A DNA stretch of 64,000 nucleotides from Blasia pusilla. Lineage: Eukaryota. The DNA is taken from the NCBI GenBank assembly GCA_050084515.1, contig CM114271.1:35154001-35218000 (forward strand), written 5' to 3'. Below are positions 53,012-64,000 of this stretch, piece after piece. Under the pieces are notes generated by a model. That model was not told the DNA's origin and ran no database searches. It saw nothing but the letters and a program-made list of their open reading frames with translations. Numbering within the stretch: the first letter of the stretch is position 1; the number at the start of each line of letters is the position of its first letter. Both the position numbers and the translations under genes were made by a program.

Positions 53012-53770
53012 CCAACTCGTCGGACTCCGACGAGTTGCTCGATTGATGAATGGGTTAGGTTTGTTTAGGCAGAAAGCAACTCGTCGGACTCCGACGGGTT
53101 GCTAGATCGCACTGATTTTCGAATGTCTTTTAAGATTGACACTTGTTGGACTCCGACGACTTGTTTGATGGAACATAGATTTAACTAGTTTTGGCCCAAA
53201 GCAAACCGCCGAGTCCGGACGGGTTGCTGACAAAGCCGCCTTGTGAGGTTGTTTTTAAGAATGCAACTCGTCGGACTCGACGAGTTTCTCGAAAGTGACC
53301 GCAGTTTAGAAGGTTTTGCCCCAAAGCAACCCGCCGAGTCCGACGGGTTGCTTTGCCTCGGTTATTTTTCCTAATCAACCCGCCGGACTCCGACGGGTTG
53401 CTTTGGGGCAAAACCTTCTAAACTCCGCGGTCACTCGAGAAACTCGCCGGAGTCCGACGAGTTGCATTCTTAAAAACAACCTCACAAGGCGGCCTATCGA
53501 GCAACCCGTCGGACTCGACGGTTTGCTTTGGGCCAACAACTAGTTAAATCTATGTTCAATCATACAAGTCGTCGAGTCCGACGAAAGTTGCAATCTTAAA
53601 AACATCTGAAAAGCGTGCGATCCAAAGAACCCGTCGAAGTCCGACGAAAGTTGCTTACCTGGCATTAGCAAATCTGAATGCAACCCGTCGGACTCGACGG
53701 GTTGCATCATTTAGCTTGTTGCTAGAATCCGACCGAAGTGCGTGACGACCGGTCGAGTCCGACGGGTTGC
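53012..53770. repeat. Array of ~13 palindromic 26-27-bp repeats (GCAACCCGTCGGA[C/G]TCCGACGGGTTGC) with ~35-bp spacers; central part forms a ~600-bp inverted repeat
   Basis: Units start near 53012, 53077, 53139, 53201, 53263, 53326, 53376, 53439, 53501, 53564, 53627, 53680, 53745. Arms 53068-53351 and 53376-53662 are imperfect reverse complements. Confidence 0.92.
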
Positions 53771-55911
53771 AGTGAACCCATGTAATTGCCTGACGGGTTG
53801 AGTTTGGATGTGCAGGATTGTATCGAGGGGAATGTTACCCACCATTGGATCCGGATCGCGATCGGGTGAGGAAGGTGCTTACGACGCACCTAGGAGAGTA
53901 GAGGGAGTTCTTGGGCGATGCCCTCGTCAATCAGATGCTTGCAAAGGGTGCTCAAATTAAGAAGAAAACTTGGGCAAACAAGTTTATTTCTCAAGATGCA
54001 CCGTAACCATCCTTTGCTGGTCGAAGATACAAAGCCCAAGAAAAGCGCCTTTGGACCGAGCCGAGCGGAGGGAGAAGGTATCTGCGTCGAGCGCCAAATT
54101 CATCAAGGCGCCAGATTCTGCTGCAACGAAATACACGGCGAGCAAGATGCAGCGATACATCAAGCATTCTCAACCCGAACTTGGTCCGGAGTTCTACAAG
54201 GAGCTCAAGGCGATTATCAGCGTCGGCCGGAAGAGGGATGAAGATCCGCATGGTCGGATTGGGGAGAAAGTGTCGATGGATCGCGTGCATCGTTTTGCGT
54301 TATCCGGGATTAGCGAGTTGGGAGGATACGATCGATGAAAATCGTCTCGAGGGCTCGAGAGGCCGGAAGAGGGCGGCACACCATCCTCCAGGTGTGTCCG
54401 ATCCGGTGATCTCGCATTTCGCCACGCCGAATGGCCGTTCTAGGACGCGCGTTATGGTAATCGGGAAGTCCCGTCTGGGGATCCGCAAGCGGAGCTCGAA
54501 GATTAGAGCCCATTCGCCGGAAGCAAACCTTGAAAGTTCTGGAGATTACGAGGTTTGGCTCGACGACATCCGGGACAAGCCAACCAAGAACCCTGGATTC
54601 AAGACCATGTTCAAGGTTTGCGTCCTCCCTCAGGCAGAGCTTGACGAAGAAGTAGAGGGTAACAAACAGGATCAAGCGAAGAAGAAGCGAGATCTAAAGG
54701 AGCAGACAGCCGATAATGTTCAACTAAAAGCTGCCCAACGGATGGTATTCATGTACCTCATCCAATGTAAGAACGCAGGTACGTGGGGAAAATTGCCGGT
54801 AGCCTTGAAATTGTGGGCTTCGCCGCCGGATGCAGAGACATTCTCCATGTACGACGTGGAGATGGGTCAGCACATGTCGGATTGGGAGGTGGAGAATTGC
54901 CCCATTTGGCTCGACTTCAACGACCCTGAAGACATCGCGGATAAGGACTTACAAGTGCTTCATGATGCAGTGGCCTCAGGACAAGACGACATCCCCAATT
55001 TCGCCCACCAAGACTTCTTCGGAGGAGATGCAAGAAGAGCAGGCCCAGAGATAGTGAGTTGGCTTCAAGGTCCGGACAGCCAAAGACAAATCCACAAATG
55101 GTCTCAAAGGCAAGGCGAGGGAAGGGAAAAATTCAGAGGCCGAGACTTCCCAAAGAGAGCTCTGAAGATGAGAGGCCGAGGCGGATTCGCCCCGGACGAG
55201 CGGGAAGAGAGGGTCGGACCAAGTCCTCGGCGAAGAAAACGCCACGAGAATCCGAGGTCATCGAAACCCCGACAAGCCGTCCCGGACTAGAGAGAATCGG
55301 AAGCGAGAGGTGCCGGGTTGTCCCAAGGAGAATACTGACCCATCATCCTTGGGAAGACACAGACAAACAATGACCCGGACAAGCATCCTCCTTCATTTCA
55401 CCTCTTTCTTTGGATGAGCCGAATGAGCACTTGGTTCTCAGCGTCGACAAGCGCCATCGAAAAATTGACAACGCAGGAAGGAAGCTCCAACTAAACGGGC
55501 ACGCTGCTGGACGGTGAATGGAGTGGTGGAAGAGGTTGCGGTGGATCTCTTGATCGCCGATCGCCCCTCGGGGTTGCGACTTTGGGGCTTAAAATCCGCG
55601 GACGAGGTACCGAGTGGAATCGCCGCTCACTTATGACCAGATTGCACTTTTGTTCTCCTTTGCACGCCTATCGAAAGTGACAGGGCTCGCTTCTTGGTGT
55701 TGATTGGAGGGAGCGAGGACGAGCTCTTCAACCTCCAAGGCGTCAAGAAGTCGCTAAAGTGGAGGATGGCACAATCATGGTTCATCAAAAACAAGTACCC
55801 ACTCCGATCCGCAACGAGTTAGATTCGGGTAAGGCTATATTCTGCACAATAATTTCAATTATCTTATAATGATGTGTATAATGAGAGTCGATCTGGTTTT
55901 TTTTGTCAGTG

Positions 55912-56246
55912 AGCAACCCGTCGGGAAGGCGACGGGTTTCGGGCTTAGAGCAGCCCATGCTCGGTTGAGAGCAACCCATCAGTTTTCGACGGGTTGCATC
56001 TTTCCCACATACGAGGGAAAACGGTGTACGCAACCCGACGGGTTGCGATTGATTTTGTTTTGGATGCAACCGTCTAATAGCGACGGGTTGCTCAAAGAGC
56101 ATGGGCTGGTCTGGCCAAAGAACCCGCCGCCTTCCGACGGGTTGCATCCAAAACCAAAATCAACTTGGAAAACCAAAAGCAATTGCAACCCCGGGTTCCG
56201 GACGGGTGGGTCCGGACAAAACAACCCGTCGGACTCAGCAAAGTTG
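55912..56246. repeat. Second, more degenerate array of the same palindrome (~7 units), in the last intron
   Basis: GCAACCC...GACGGGTTGC units near 55912, 55971, 56030, 56065, 56120, 56185, 56221; three more partial units at ~57041, 57089, 57159. Confidence 0.85.
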
Positions 56247-58683
56247 ATCCAAAGTCGATTATTGAAAATCTTCTCTAGGCAACTTCTTTAGTTTCGACAT
56301 TGTTTTGTCTTTGATTTGAGATGGACCACTCCTACGTGTCGCTTCATTCGCCCGAGCACAATTTCCAGGTGTTCAAGATCCGGATCCTGTGGATCCATGC
56401 TCGATGGGTACAACTTAGATAGTTTGTACAATTCCCCCAGGAATTTACATGCAAGGCGAGACCCGCTTCGAGGAAGGAAGGAAAAGTCGCCACCGATGCA
56501 ACGCTCATCGAGCTCTGCTCAAGGCCGGGTGACTTGGTGTTCGACTTAGTGGGCCTTTCAGGGCGAGTATCGAGGCGCTGGCAGAGTGGCAGAACATTCT
56601 CCGCCTTGAGGGAAGGCAGAACTGTTTGACCTTTGCAAGGAGGCAAAGCAGAATCTGAAAGGCTCGTTGGGGTGTACAACTCTCCACCGGGGCCGAGAGC
56701 TCGGTTCCAGAGCCACCCTTGGTAGTGACTCCATCGTCACTTCCAACGATTCCCAAAATTGGGAGGGCAAGGCCGAAAGTGATTTTGCAAGAGCTCTCTG
56801 ACGATGACGAGTGAGTTCAAAGAACTCAATGACCTAGCTTGACTGGCAGCAGCGTTTGGAGTAGGGAGTTTTTGATAATTTGGCAAAAGATTTCATAGAA
56901 TAGATCAAATGTACTGATTCGAGCTTTTTCGGATGATATAAAGTAAGATTTTTTCGATCGATGGTGGTGCTTGTAAATGTTTGGTGATCATTTTGTCTTT
57001 TCGAATGTGATCGTCTATGTACTACACGGTCTTCTACTTTGCAACCCATCGGATTTCTCCTGCTTGCAATTTTCACTTTATGACCATCGCAACCCGCCGG
57101 ATTTCTCCTCCTTGCAACTTTTCGCTTTTTGACCATTGGACCCTTTTACCACCTCCAGGCAACTCGTCGATTCCGACAAAGTTGCCTCGATCGGACCCTT
57201 TTGGATCAGCGATCTGGCGGGCTTCTTCCTTGGCACCTTCCCTCAACTCGTAAAGGCGGCGAGGCTTCTTTTCTTCTCTCGACGTGTTGGATTCCTTCTA
57301 CCTGTGCGGTTGCCATAGTGGTATTACAGGGGGACGGAGTAGATATTGATATTGGATGGGTGTCACATTGCAGAGCGTACAAGGTATACTGCCGAGGAAG
57401 GCGGTGGGACTCAAGACAGGTTACATGGGACCGTTATGGTGTACCTAGTGGGGGCCCAAGGCTCTCGAATTCGCCAAAATTTTGGATCCCCGTCTACAAC
57501 CGGCCAGAGGAGCCATTTGAATCCCAGGACATTCCTTTGGTATTGTCACCGAGGAGAGTTAGGAGTAAATTTGTAGATGACAAGGCTGAAGAAATCATAG
57601 ACTAGGTTCAATGTACATTTCCGAGGTTCCTTCGGAGGTAATAAAGGACGAGATTTTTTGAACCCATAATGGTGTTTGTAAAAGTTTTATGGACTATGTT
57701 TTTTGGACTTGTGGAGGTGGTGCAAGAGAAAGGCCCAAAGAAAGAAAGTCGCCCAAGAACAACTCAAGAAGATTGTACAAGATGATAATGCAGCCAAGTC
57801 ACTCCATTGACCTCAAGCTTAGAGGAGACAAGGGAGATGGTGTAGGCACTAGGGAGTCTCCAGGGTATCCAATGAAGGAGATAGAGTGCTTGATTGCTGT
57901 TGTAGAGGAGGGTTTGAACCAAGGGGATGGATCTGATTGTTAGGGCCAAGAAATGAAGAATAAGGGGCTAAGAAGAGGTCAATGGAGGCTGAGCTCAAAT
58001 GCTTGGAATCTTGTGGGCTAGAAGATTCCTCATGGAAGCCTAGAGGACCTCATTTGAAGGCCATAAAGCTTGAGAATCCAAGGGAGAGATCTATGGAGTT
58101 GAGAGGATCCAAGGAGTGATTTCTGGAAGATTTGTGTAGGTGGAGCTAAGTGGAGGTGTGAACTGAGGGCGGGGCTCGAACTAGATTGAGAAGAAGCAAG
58201 CATGGGAAGAATATAGAGGTAGATCTCACCTTCAAGCATGTCCAAGAGACAGGTCGAGCCTATGCCATCAATGTTGCTCAAGAGGCTTTAGTTAGGGTGT
58301 TGAAGTAGATGAGGTAGAAATTTCAGGCAGTAGATGCCTTGGAGTAGATGCTTAGGGTTGGCATCCGGGTGGTCCTCCAACAAAAATACCAAGGGCACTG
58401 CTTTTTGTTGACCGAGATGAGGAGATGGAAAAATGTTTGTAGTGGTCTTATGATGTCTACTTTTTTTTCGCCCCAAGGAAAAAGGAGGTTTTTTTAGGGC
58501 CAAATGTGGACCATTACCTACTCTCTTCTAAAGATTTCATGGATTTGAAAGCAAACAAAAATTTCAAATATGTCATAAAGTTTTGAAGAGAGGAGGCGGA
58601 TTTGGCCCTTTTTTTTGAAGAGAGACTCTCCTCTCTTCCTCTCTTCCTCTCCTCTCTTACTCTCTCCTGCCAGAATACCAGGC

Positions 58684-59460
58684 CCCGGTGCTAATCCCTC
58701 CAAAGAGATCTAACAATCGAATACCCTCCTCCAGGATACACCACACAATGGGTGTGGTATCCAAGGGTGTCATCGTTGCACTCCCTGCTACCTCGGGTTC
58801 CTCAGACCTGTCACGCTCCACTGCAAACGCCTCGCTCCACACGGTCTGCACATGCTCATCTGCCAATCGTCGAAGCTCCTCAATCGAGCCCCACAACGGC
58901 ACCTCTCCTCCACAGAATGATACGGCTACGATAACACTCCTCTCCATAGAAATGTCAGGAACGGGACTATCCTCTGCATGGACATGCCCCTCAATCAAAT
59001 CACTAGGCCAAGTGATGGCATTGCTAAATGCTGCTAAGGTCGCCACCTCTCCTGGCCATCGCTCGATCACTACACCTATGAATCGAACGGGTAATGAGCT
59101 AAGGCGCCCATCACCTGACTGCCATCCTGGTCTGTAGGACGTTGACTCCTCCCAATAATCCAGGGAAAACCCCATTAGGTATAACACTGCTCCACCAACC
59201 AAGACGTTGTAGGACTGTGCATCAGTCACTATCGCCTTGGCTCGCACCACGGACTCATCTGTAGGATATCCCGGGAAAATCCTCACCACGACCTCATGTC
59301 GGGGGATATACTGTGTGGTACTTGCTCCACCCAAGGATGTCTATATGCGGAATGGACAACGCTCCACATCAGCTCTCGTCAAGCCCAATCCTCTAAATGA
59401 CGCTTTCCCCAACATCAAGGTTGCGCTCTTGAATCCAACAAGACGCGCCGCGGACTAAAA
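58684..59460 (-). pseudogene. Gypsy aspartic protease, linker and DNMT motif I
   Basis: RRVLLDSRAQP (D-S-G site, mutated) near 59420-59450 and YNVLVGG; in-frame downstream GIRLLDLFGGISTG (SAM-binding motif I, 58684-58713). Confidence 0.85.
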
Positions 59461-60297
59461 GCTCTACCTTCAGGACTCACCAAATGGAAGACCGCTCCTC
59501 GGTCATCCAGCAACACAACACCAGGAGAAGCCATGGCACGCTCTATCGCGGGTCTAGCGGGCATCTCCGCCATCCTAGCAGCCGCAGCCTTCCATGAATC
59601 TGACGTGGACGGCCCGAGCATCAGCTCCAAGGGCAGGTCCATCACCTCCTCTACAATCACCTCTAAATGTGATGCACAAACTACAACTCCACGCTCATAT
59701 AGCGTAGTGGCCAGCCGAAAAGCCTTGGCGGGCGTTCCCCCAACGTCATAACATTGGAAGCAGAAAATAAAGGAGCGCGGTACACAATGGTGGCCGCCCC
59801 CAACAACGTGCTCAACACATGCCCCTCTTGAGCATAAACAATAGGAGTCATCGACTCGCTTCTCCCATCGCCCTCCGTGCGTGCACTCCAACAACATCAC
59901 CAACTGTTTAGGAACTCTGATCAAGACCCATCGATGGGGTCCTCATCGCCTCGGACAACGTGAAAGACGAAGGAAGCCTAGTCTGTTTCCTGGCTTCCCC
60001 TCGCTGTGGATCCAACTCTACATCTCCTCCATGCATCATAATTGTGGCTGCATCCATCTAGGCAACCGCGCACATCCAACCAGGATCCTCCATATCTCTG
60101 GTTGCTCCATATGATGTCGATGCCACGGACCCGACATCGGGTAATCTCAATGCCATAACGGCAATCTACTCTTGTAGCTGATGTATCTGAGCAGCCATCC
60201 TAGCCTCACGCCCAACATCTCCCTCGACGCGTCTAGGTGGTGGGACTCTACCTCCTCCACGCGGAGCTCCACCACCATGTCAGGCAACTCTAGCTCC

Positions 60298-61682
60298 TCA
60301 TCCCCCAACGGGACCACCTGGTGCACGATCTCTAGGCCCACACGGACCGATTACTCGCTCTGGTGCCTTGTCTGGCCCTTGGTCCGGACGTAACTCAGGA
60401 GGTAAAATGAAACACCTAGCGCGTGTATGACCATACCTCTGACAATAGTCACAGTGATAACCTCTTGGTGCAACACTATCTCCTCCTCCATGTTGAGGCA
60501 TACGTCCATGACCCTCACGAGTGCAATCGCGCTGATGATGGGCTCCAGCACATGACCAAAAAGTAATAGTAGGCGGCTGCTGCTTAGCCGCATATGAAGG
60601 CGCAGGTCTTTGTGGCACGGCCTCCCGGTATCCTCCCTAAGCTCGTGGTGCCACAGTCGACCTATCTCGGAGTCCACGTTGCTGCACAGGTAGTGCAGAC
60701 AATCGTGACTGCTCTCACCCAGAACCCATGGTGGCTACGCTCTCCTCCGCCATGTTGCGCTCAATGTTCTTGGCGTTCCTAAAAACATCTCTCAATGTAG
60801 GGGAGGTGTTCATAAGAAGCACCCCTCCCGCATCCGTATCCGCAGGGTCCGGTCGAGCATCGCATATCATGACTGGATAGCCTGAGCCTCTGTCACCCCC
60901 GGATTAACGTTGATCAACCGGCGCAAGCGAGTGTAAGCCTCACGCAAACTCTCATCCGGGCGCCTCTGGAAGTCGTGGATGCTCCATAACTTCTCTGTCC
61001 GTACCCCCTGGAAGCTTGCCCTCAACTCAGCAAAGAACTCAACCACGGAGTTGAACTTGGGAGGAACTCGACTAGACGGTGCAACTGCTCCAGTGCAAGT
61101 GACCCCTCCTAAAACATCACTAGTGGAAGAGGAAGTAGCCTCTCCTAACTCCTCCTCCTCATCTAGGAACGGCTCCGTCCATGACACATAGCGTGGGTCA
61201 TAGTAGAGTCGCCATGCCTCAATCTATTGTGCATATCTGTAGAAGAACTCATGGTAATCGTCCATGGATGCCCCCTCTAAATATTGGAACATACCGTTCC
61301 ATGCTGTAAACGGGTTGAACTCTCTAGAGTTCCTAGCCCGCTGTGAGTCACACCAACTCCTAAACTCCGCAATGAAGTCGTGTAGCTCTATGGTGCCTAC
61401 AGCACCCGAAAACCTACATGGTCCTCTACCCCGGTCGACCATCTCGTACGCCCAACTGGTAGGACCACTCAATGTGTATGGTGGATCACTAACACACTCC
61501 TTTACATGTTCCCCCTCGTCTGAAGACGACACAGAAGGAGATTGAGATGGTCTCTCACGTGGAGACCCTCGAAACCTCGCACCACTCCGGGTAAACCCTC
61601 CAAAGCTACTCTCAGGTCCACTACCTCGCCTCTCAAAATCCTGAAAAGACGCCGTGATGGCCCTCGTGCCCCTCTCACACAA
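60298..61682 (-). pseudogene. Gypsy gag
   Basis: FQRRPDESLREAYTRL (major-homology-like region); zinc knuckle CDYCQRYGHTRARC (CX2CX4HX4C); fragmented. Confidence 0.85.
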
Positions 61683-62849
61683 TCACTCTCAACCTCACGA
61701 GTAATCCCTCAATCACTCATCCTAAACATGCGGCACTCGATCTACACTCTCCCTCCCCGTGACGTGTAACGTGCGGCAACAAGCGGCGTGGTGCGGCAAA
61801 TCGACCAGGCTATCATCTCATCGACAACCTACCCTCAACTCCGAACATCCCACACAGGTCTATGTCCCCTAAACCACATATATAAATGATGCTCTCAGCA
61901 TCCATACAACCCAATATCCCCAAATAAACTACCCAAATCCCAGAATTCCTACGCATGCAGGGTAAAGGACCAGAATGGGTAACCTTAACACATGTCGATG
62001 TCGCTCCTCAGCAACTGCAAATCTCGATCCCAACTCGGTCGTGGAGACAACTCCTCTAATCAGAAAGTCATATTCCTCCCGTATTGACGCTCCTCAAAAC
62101 TCCTCGATGGACACTGCAATTCCAGCAGAACGGTGGGGCGTTGCAGGCGGTATAGAACGGCTAGGAACGGCATGGCCCTTGATGGTAGGATCCGACACTC
62201 GGCAGCATACCCTCCTCAATCAACAATAAACCCACACTCTGCTCCACAATGACAGTGCAGCTCCACGATCGAGACGGTGCGGTGCAGCCACGAGCAGCAT
62301 GGCGCGGCAATCGGCGGCACGTTGCGGCTACGGGCGTCACGGCACAGTACTCAATCGTCATCGAGCAGCAACCAATCATAACATAGCAGCATGAAATCAA
62401 AACTCAAACACCATAACCGGAGGTCATCTACCATCACTGGTTGATGACGAAACTGTGATGACGGTGGCGGCCAAACCAAAGTACATGCTGGCGGCGCAAG
62501 TCAGAGAATCAACGGTGGTCGTGGAAGACCCTCCACTTCATAATGGCGGAAATGGCAATCAAAGGGTGGAAAACGTCCAAATGCGGCTTTGAGCAACGCT
62601 GGACAACGACAACGACCGACGGTGGCCGGTGGATGGTGGATGGTGGACGGTGACGGTTGATCGTTGATGGTGACGACGGACCGTTGACGGTGATAGTTGA
62701 CCATTGACGGTGACCGTTGACCGTTGACCGGTGATGGTGACTATGACGGCGACGACCTCCGCCGGCGTGGCGGCTGGTTTAGGGTTTGAACAATTTAACC
62801 CTAAAAATTGCCTAGCAATGGCAATTTTGCAAGATTGACCATAACTTTT

Positions 62850-63832
62850 TACTCGCAACTCAAAATTGCGCACTGTTTGCTGCACAACGTGCATAGCTTC
62901 ACGATCTATGACGAAGTCAAAAAATATTTGGAATTGGACATTCCGGTAAAAATTGATGGGGACTGTTGTAAAGCCCAATGTCTATTTCTCCTACACAAAA
63001 TTCGGCAGCACTTCCGTGCTGATTTCTCCCAACGAAAATGTAAAACGTGTGAAAATACAAATCAGCAAGCTACATGGTGCTCCCGAGAGCACCAGCATGG
63101 GGAAACCCGCCCCCATAATCAATTCCTATCAGAAATTGGGTAGTGCTTCCGCGCGCCACTCTTCCACACAAAAAATCGGCAAATGCAAAGAACAATCAAA
63201 GGAGCCCTTGCTCCGGTGAGCACTCCCATGAGCCGCTGAACCGGGAACACGGTCCCCAACCTGAAAAAATAGTGAGTGACGAGCGAGCTCCCCCATGAAG
63301 CTCTCTCACTCTCTCATTCTCTCTTTGTAAATTAAGATCCAATCTCTCTCTACACCATCTCACACCATAGCTCTCAAAGGTGTGCACTCTCTCTCATGTC
63401 AAACCAAACCCACTCTCCTAATGAGAGGCTTGGGTTACACTCATAAGGCAAGGGACCATAGCTCCGCCGCCTCATGCCAAGAGGTTCAACAAAGAGAGAA
63501 TGAGCTTTCAAGCTCCCTCTCTTGGAGGTATATCCCCTTTCCTCTCCCAAGCCCTCTCAACGGTAACCTATGCTCGTAGGTCACCTCCTTGGCTGTTGAC
63601 CCGCTGTAGCGGATCAAGGGCTACTTCCCAAAGTGGAAAGTCAACTATCCCCAACATGGAAACTTATCCGAAATTGTAAGTTTCTCTATATGACCTCTTG
63701 AGGCCCCGGGAAACCTGCTCTCTCAGATTTCCCGGGGCCTCAACAAGTCATTCTCGACCTCCTGGGCTTGTACTCCACTACTCATGCAAACGCTCTACTA
63801 GATCCCACCGATTTATTCTAACAGTTGTGACA
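62850..63832 (-). repeat. LTR-like repeat (family C), second copy; may extend left to ~62400
   Basis: Colinear with 1-958, sharing the ...GTGACA terminus; left end and TSD not identified. Confidence 0.7.
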
Positions 63833-64000
63833 AGGATCTCAATTAATGATGGATAGGAGTGGAGCGCGAGTTGTACGTGATTTCCCTTTTCTTAACCCAT
63901 ACCACGTGAAGGTTATCTTTGTAGATAGGCGCTGGTTTACTCGTTATCTAGTCTACCACTTTGGGGAGGCATTCATGAACTAGGTTATGCAATCACCAAC

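Larger units (their letters stand above)
51828..56814 (+). pseudogene. Spliced gene: coiled-coil + ParB/Srx-like domain + beta-class N6A/N4C DNA methyltransferase-like domain; many 1-bp frameshifts
   Basis: Approximate exons 51828-52457, 52518-52990, 53816-55828, ~56321-56814 (GT donors at 52458, 52991, 55829; AG acceptors at 52517, 53815). Motifs: FFIWDGNHRFMAW (DGNHR at 52842-52856); VDLLIADRPSG (55541-55573, motif IV-like); PLRGRKEK (56463-56486) + LIELCSRPGDLVFD (56504-56545) + SGR..I.AL (motifs X, I, II). Confidence 0.7.
51450..58683 (+). mobile_element. ~7.2-kb insert (probable DNA-transposon fragment) interrupting the Gypsy DNMT domain
   Basis: Gypsy coding sequence stops at both ends (…LFGGISTG at 58684 and YPEFLPPS… at ~51447). 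The insert has its own TATA box, a spliced gene and palindrome arrays. No TIR, TSD or transposase was recognised. Confidence 0.7.
46747..62200 (-). mobile_element. Ty3/Gypsy LTR retrotransposon, gag-PR-DNMT-RT-RH-IN-PHD, decayed and interrupted by a 7.2-kb insert
   Basis: Gypsy domain order on the minus strand; PPT AGGGGGGCGAGT immediately before TGTGGTAC at 47327; 3' terminal repeats 47224-47327 and 46747-46850. The 5' LTR was not found, so the right boundary is approximate. Confidence 0.92.

Noticed and set aside
53012-53770. Bona fide CRISPR array
   Set aside because: Repeat and spacer sizes are CRISPR-like, but the context is a eukaryotic intron with no cas genes or leader, the repeats are degenerate, and the right-half spacers mirror the left-half spacers.
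62850-63832. 5' LTR of the DNMT-Gypsy, or partner of 1-958 bounding one 63-kb element
   Set aside because: It does not match the terminal repeat after the PPT at 47327. No PBS, PPT or TSD links the two copies, the copy at 1-958 is itself inserted in a pol relic, and the interval contains a host gene.

Overview
Repeat-rich plant nuclear DNA. The intron-rich gene, Copia/Gypsy/CACTA content and retroelement types suggest a non-seed land plant such as a bryophyte (inference). There is one intact host gene, an 18-exon ABC1K7-like chloroplast atypical kinase on the minus strand (16591-25626). It is flanked by nested, mostly decayed transposons: two full-length copies of one Ty1/Copia family with TA...CA LTRs and TSDs, a CACTA transposase relic, several LTR families including a solo LTR with a perfect TSD, and a (GA)105 tract. 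The most unusual part is 46.7-62.2 kb, a Ty3/Gypsy element whose pol carries a C5-cytosine DNA methyltransferase between protease and RT, and a PHD finger at the integrase C-terminus. The methyltransferase domain is split by a ~7.2 kb insert. The insert carries a spliced, frameshifted gene with a ParB/Srx-like DGNHR domain and a beta-class N6-adenine/N4-cytosine methyltransferase-like C-terminus. Two of its introns hold arrays of ~27-bp palindromes; the larger has a ~62-bp period and folds into a ~600-bp hairpin. All domain calls come from reading motifs by eye; no database searches were run.
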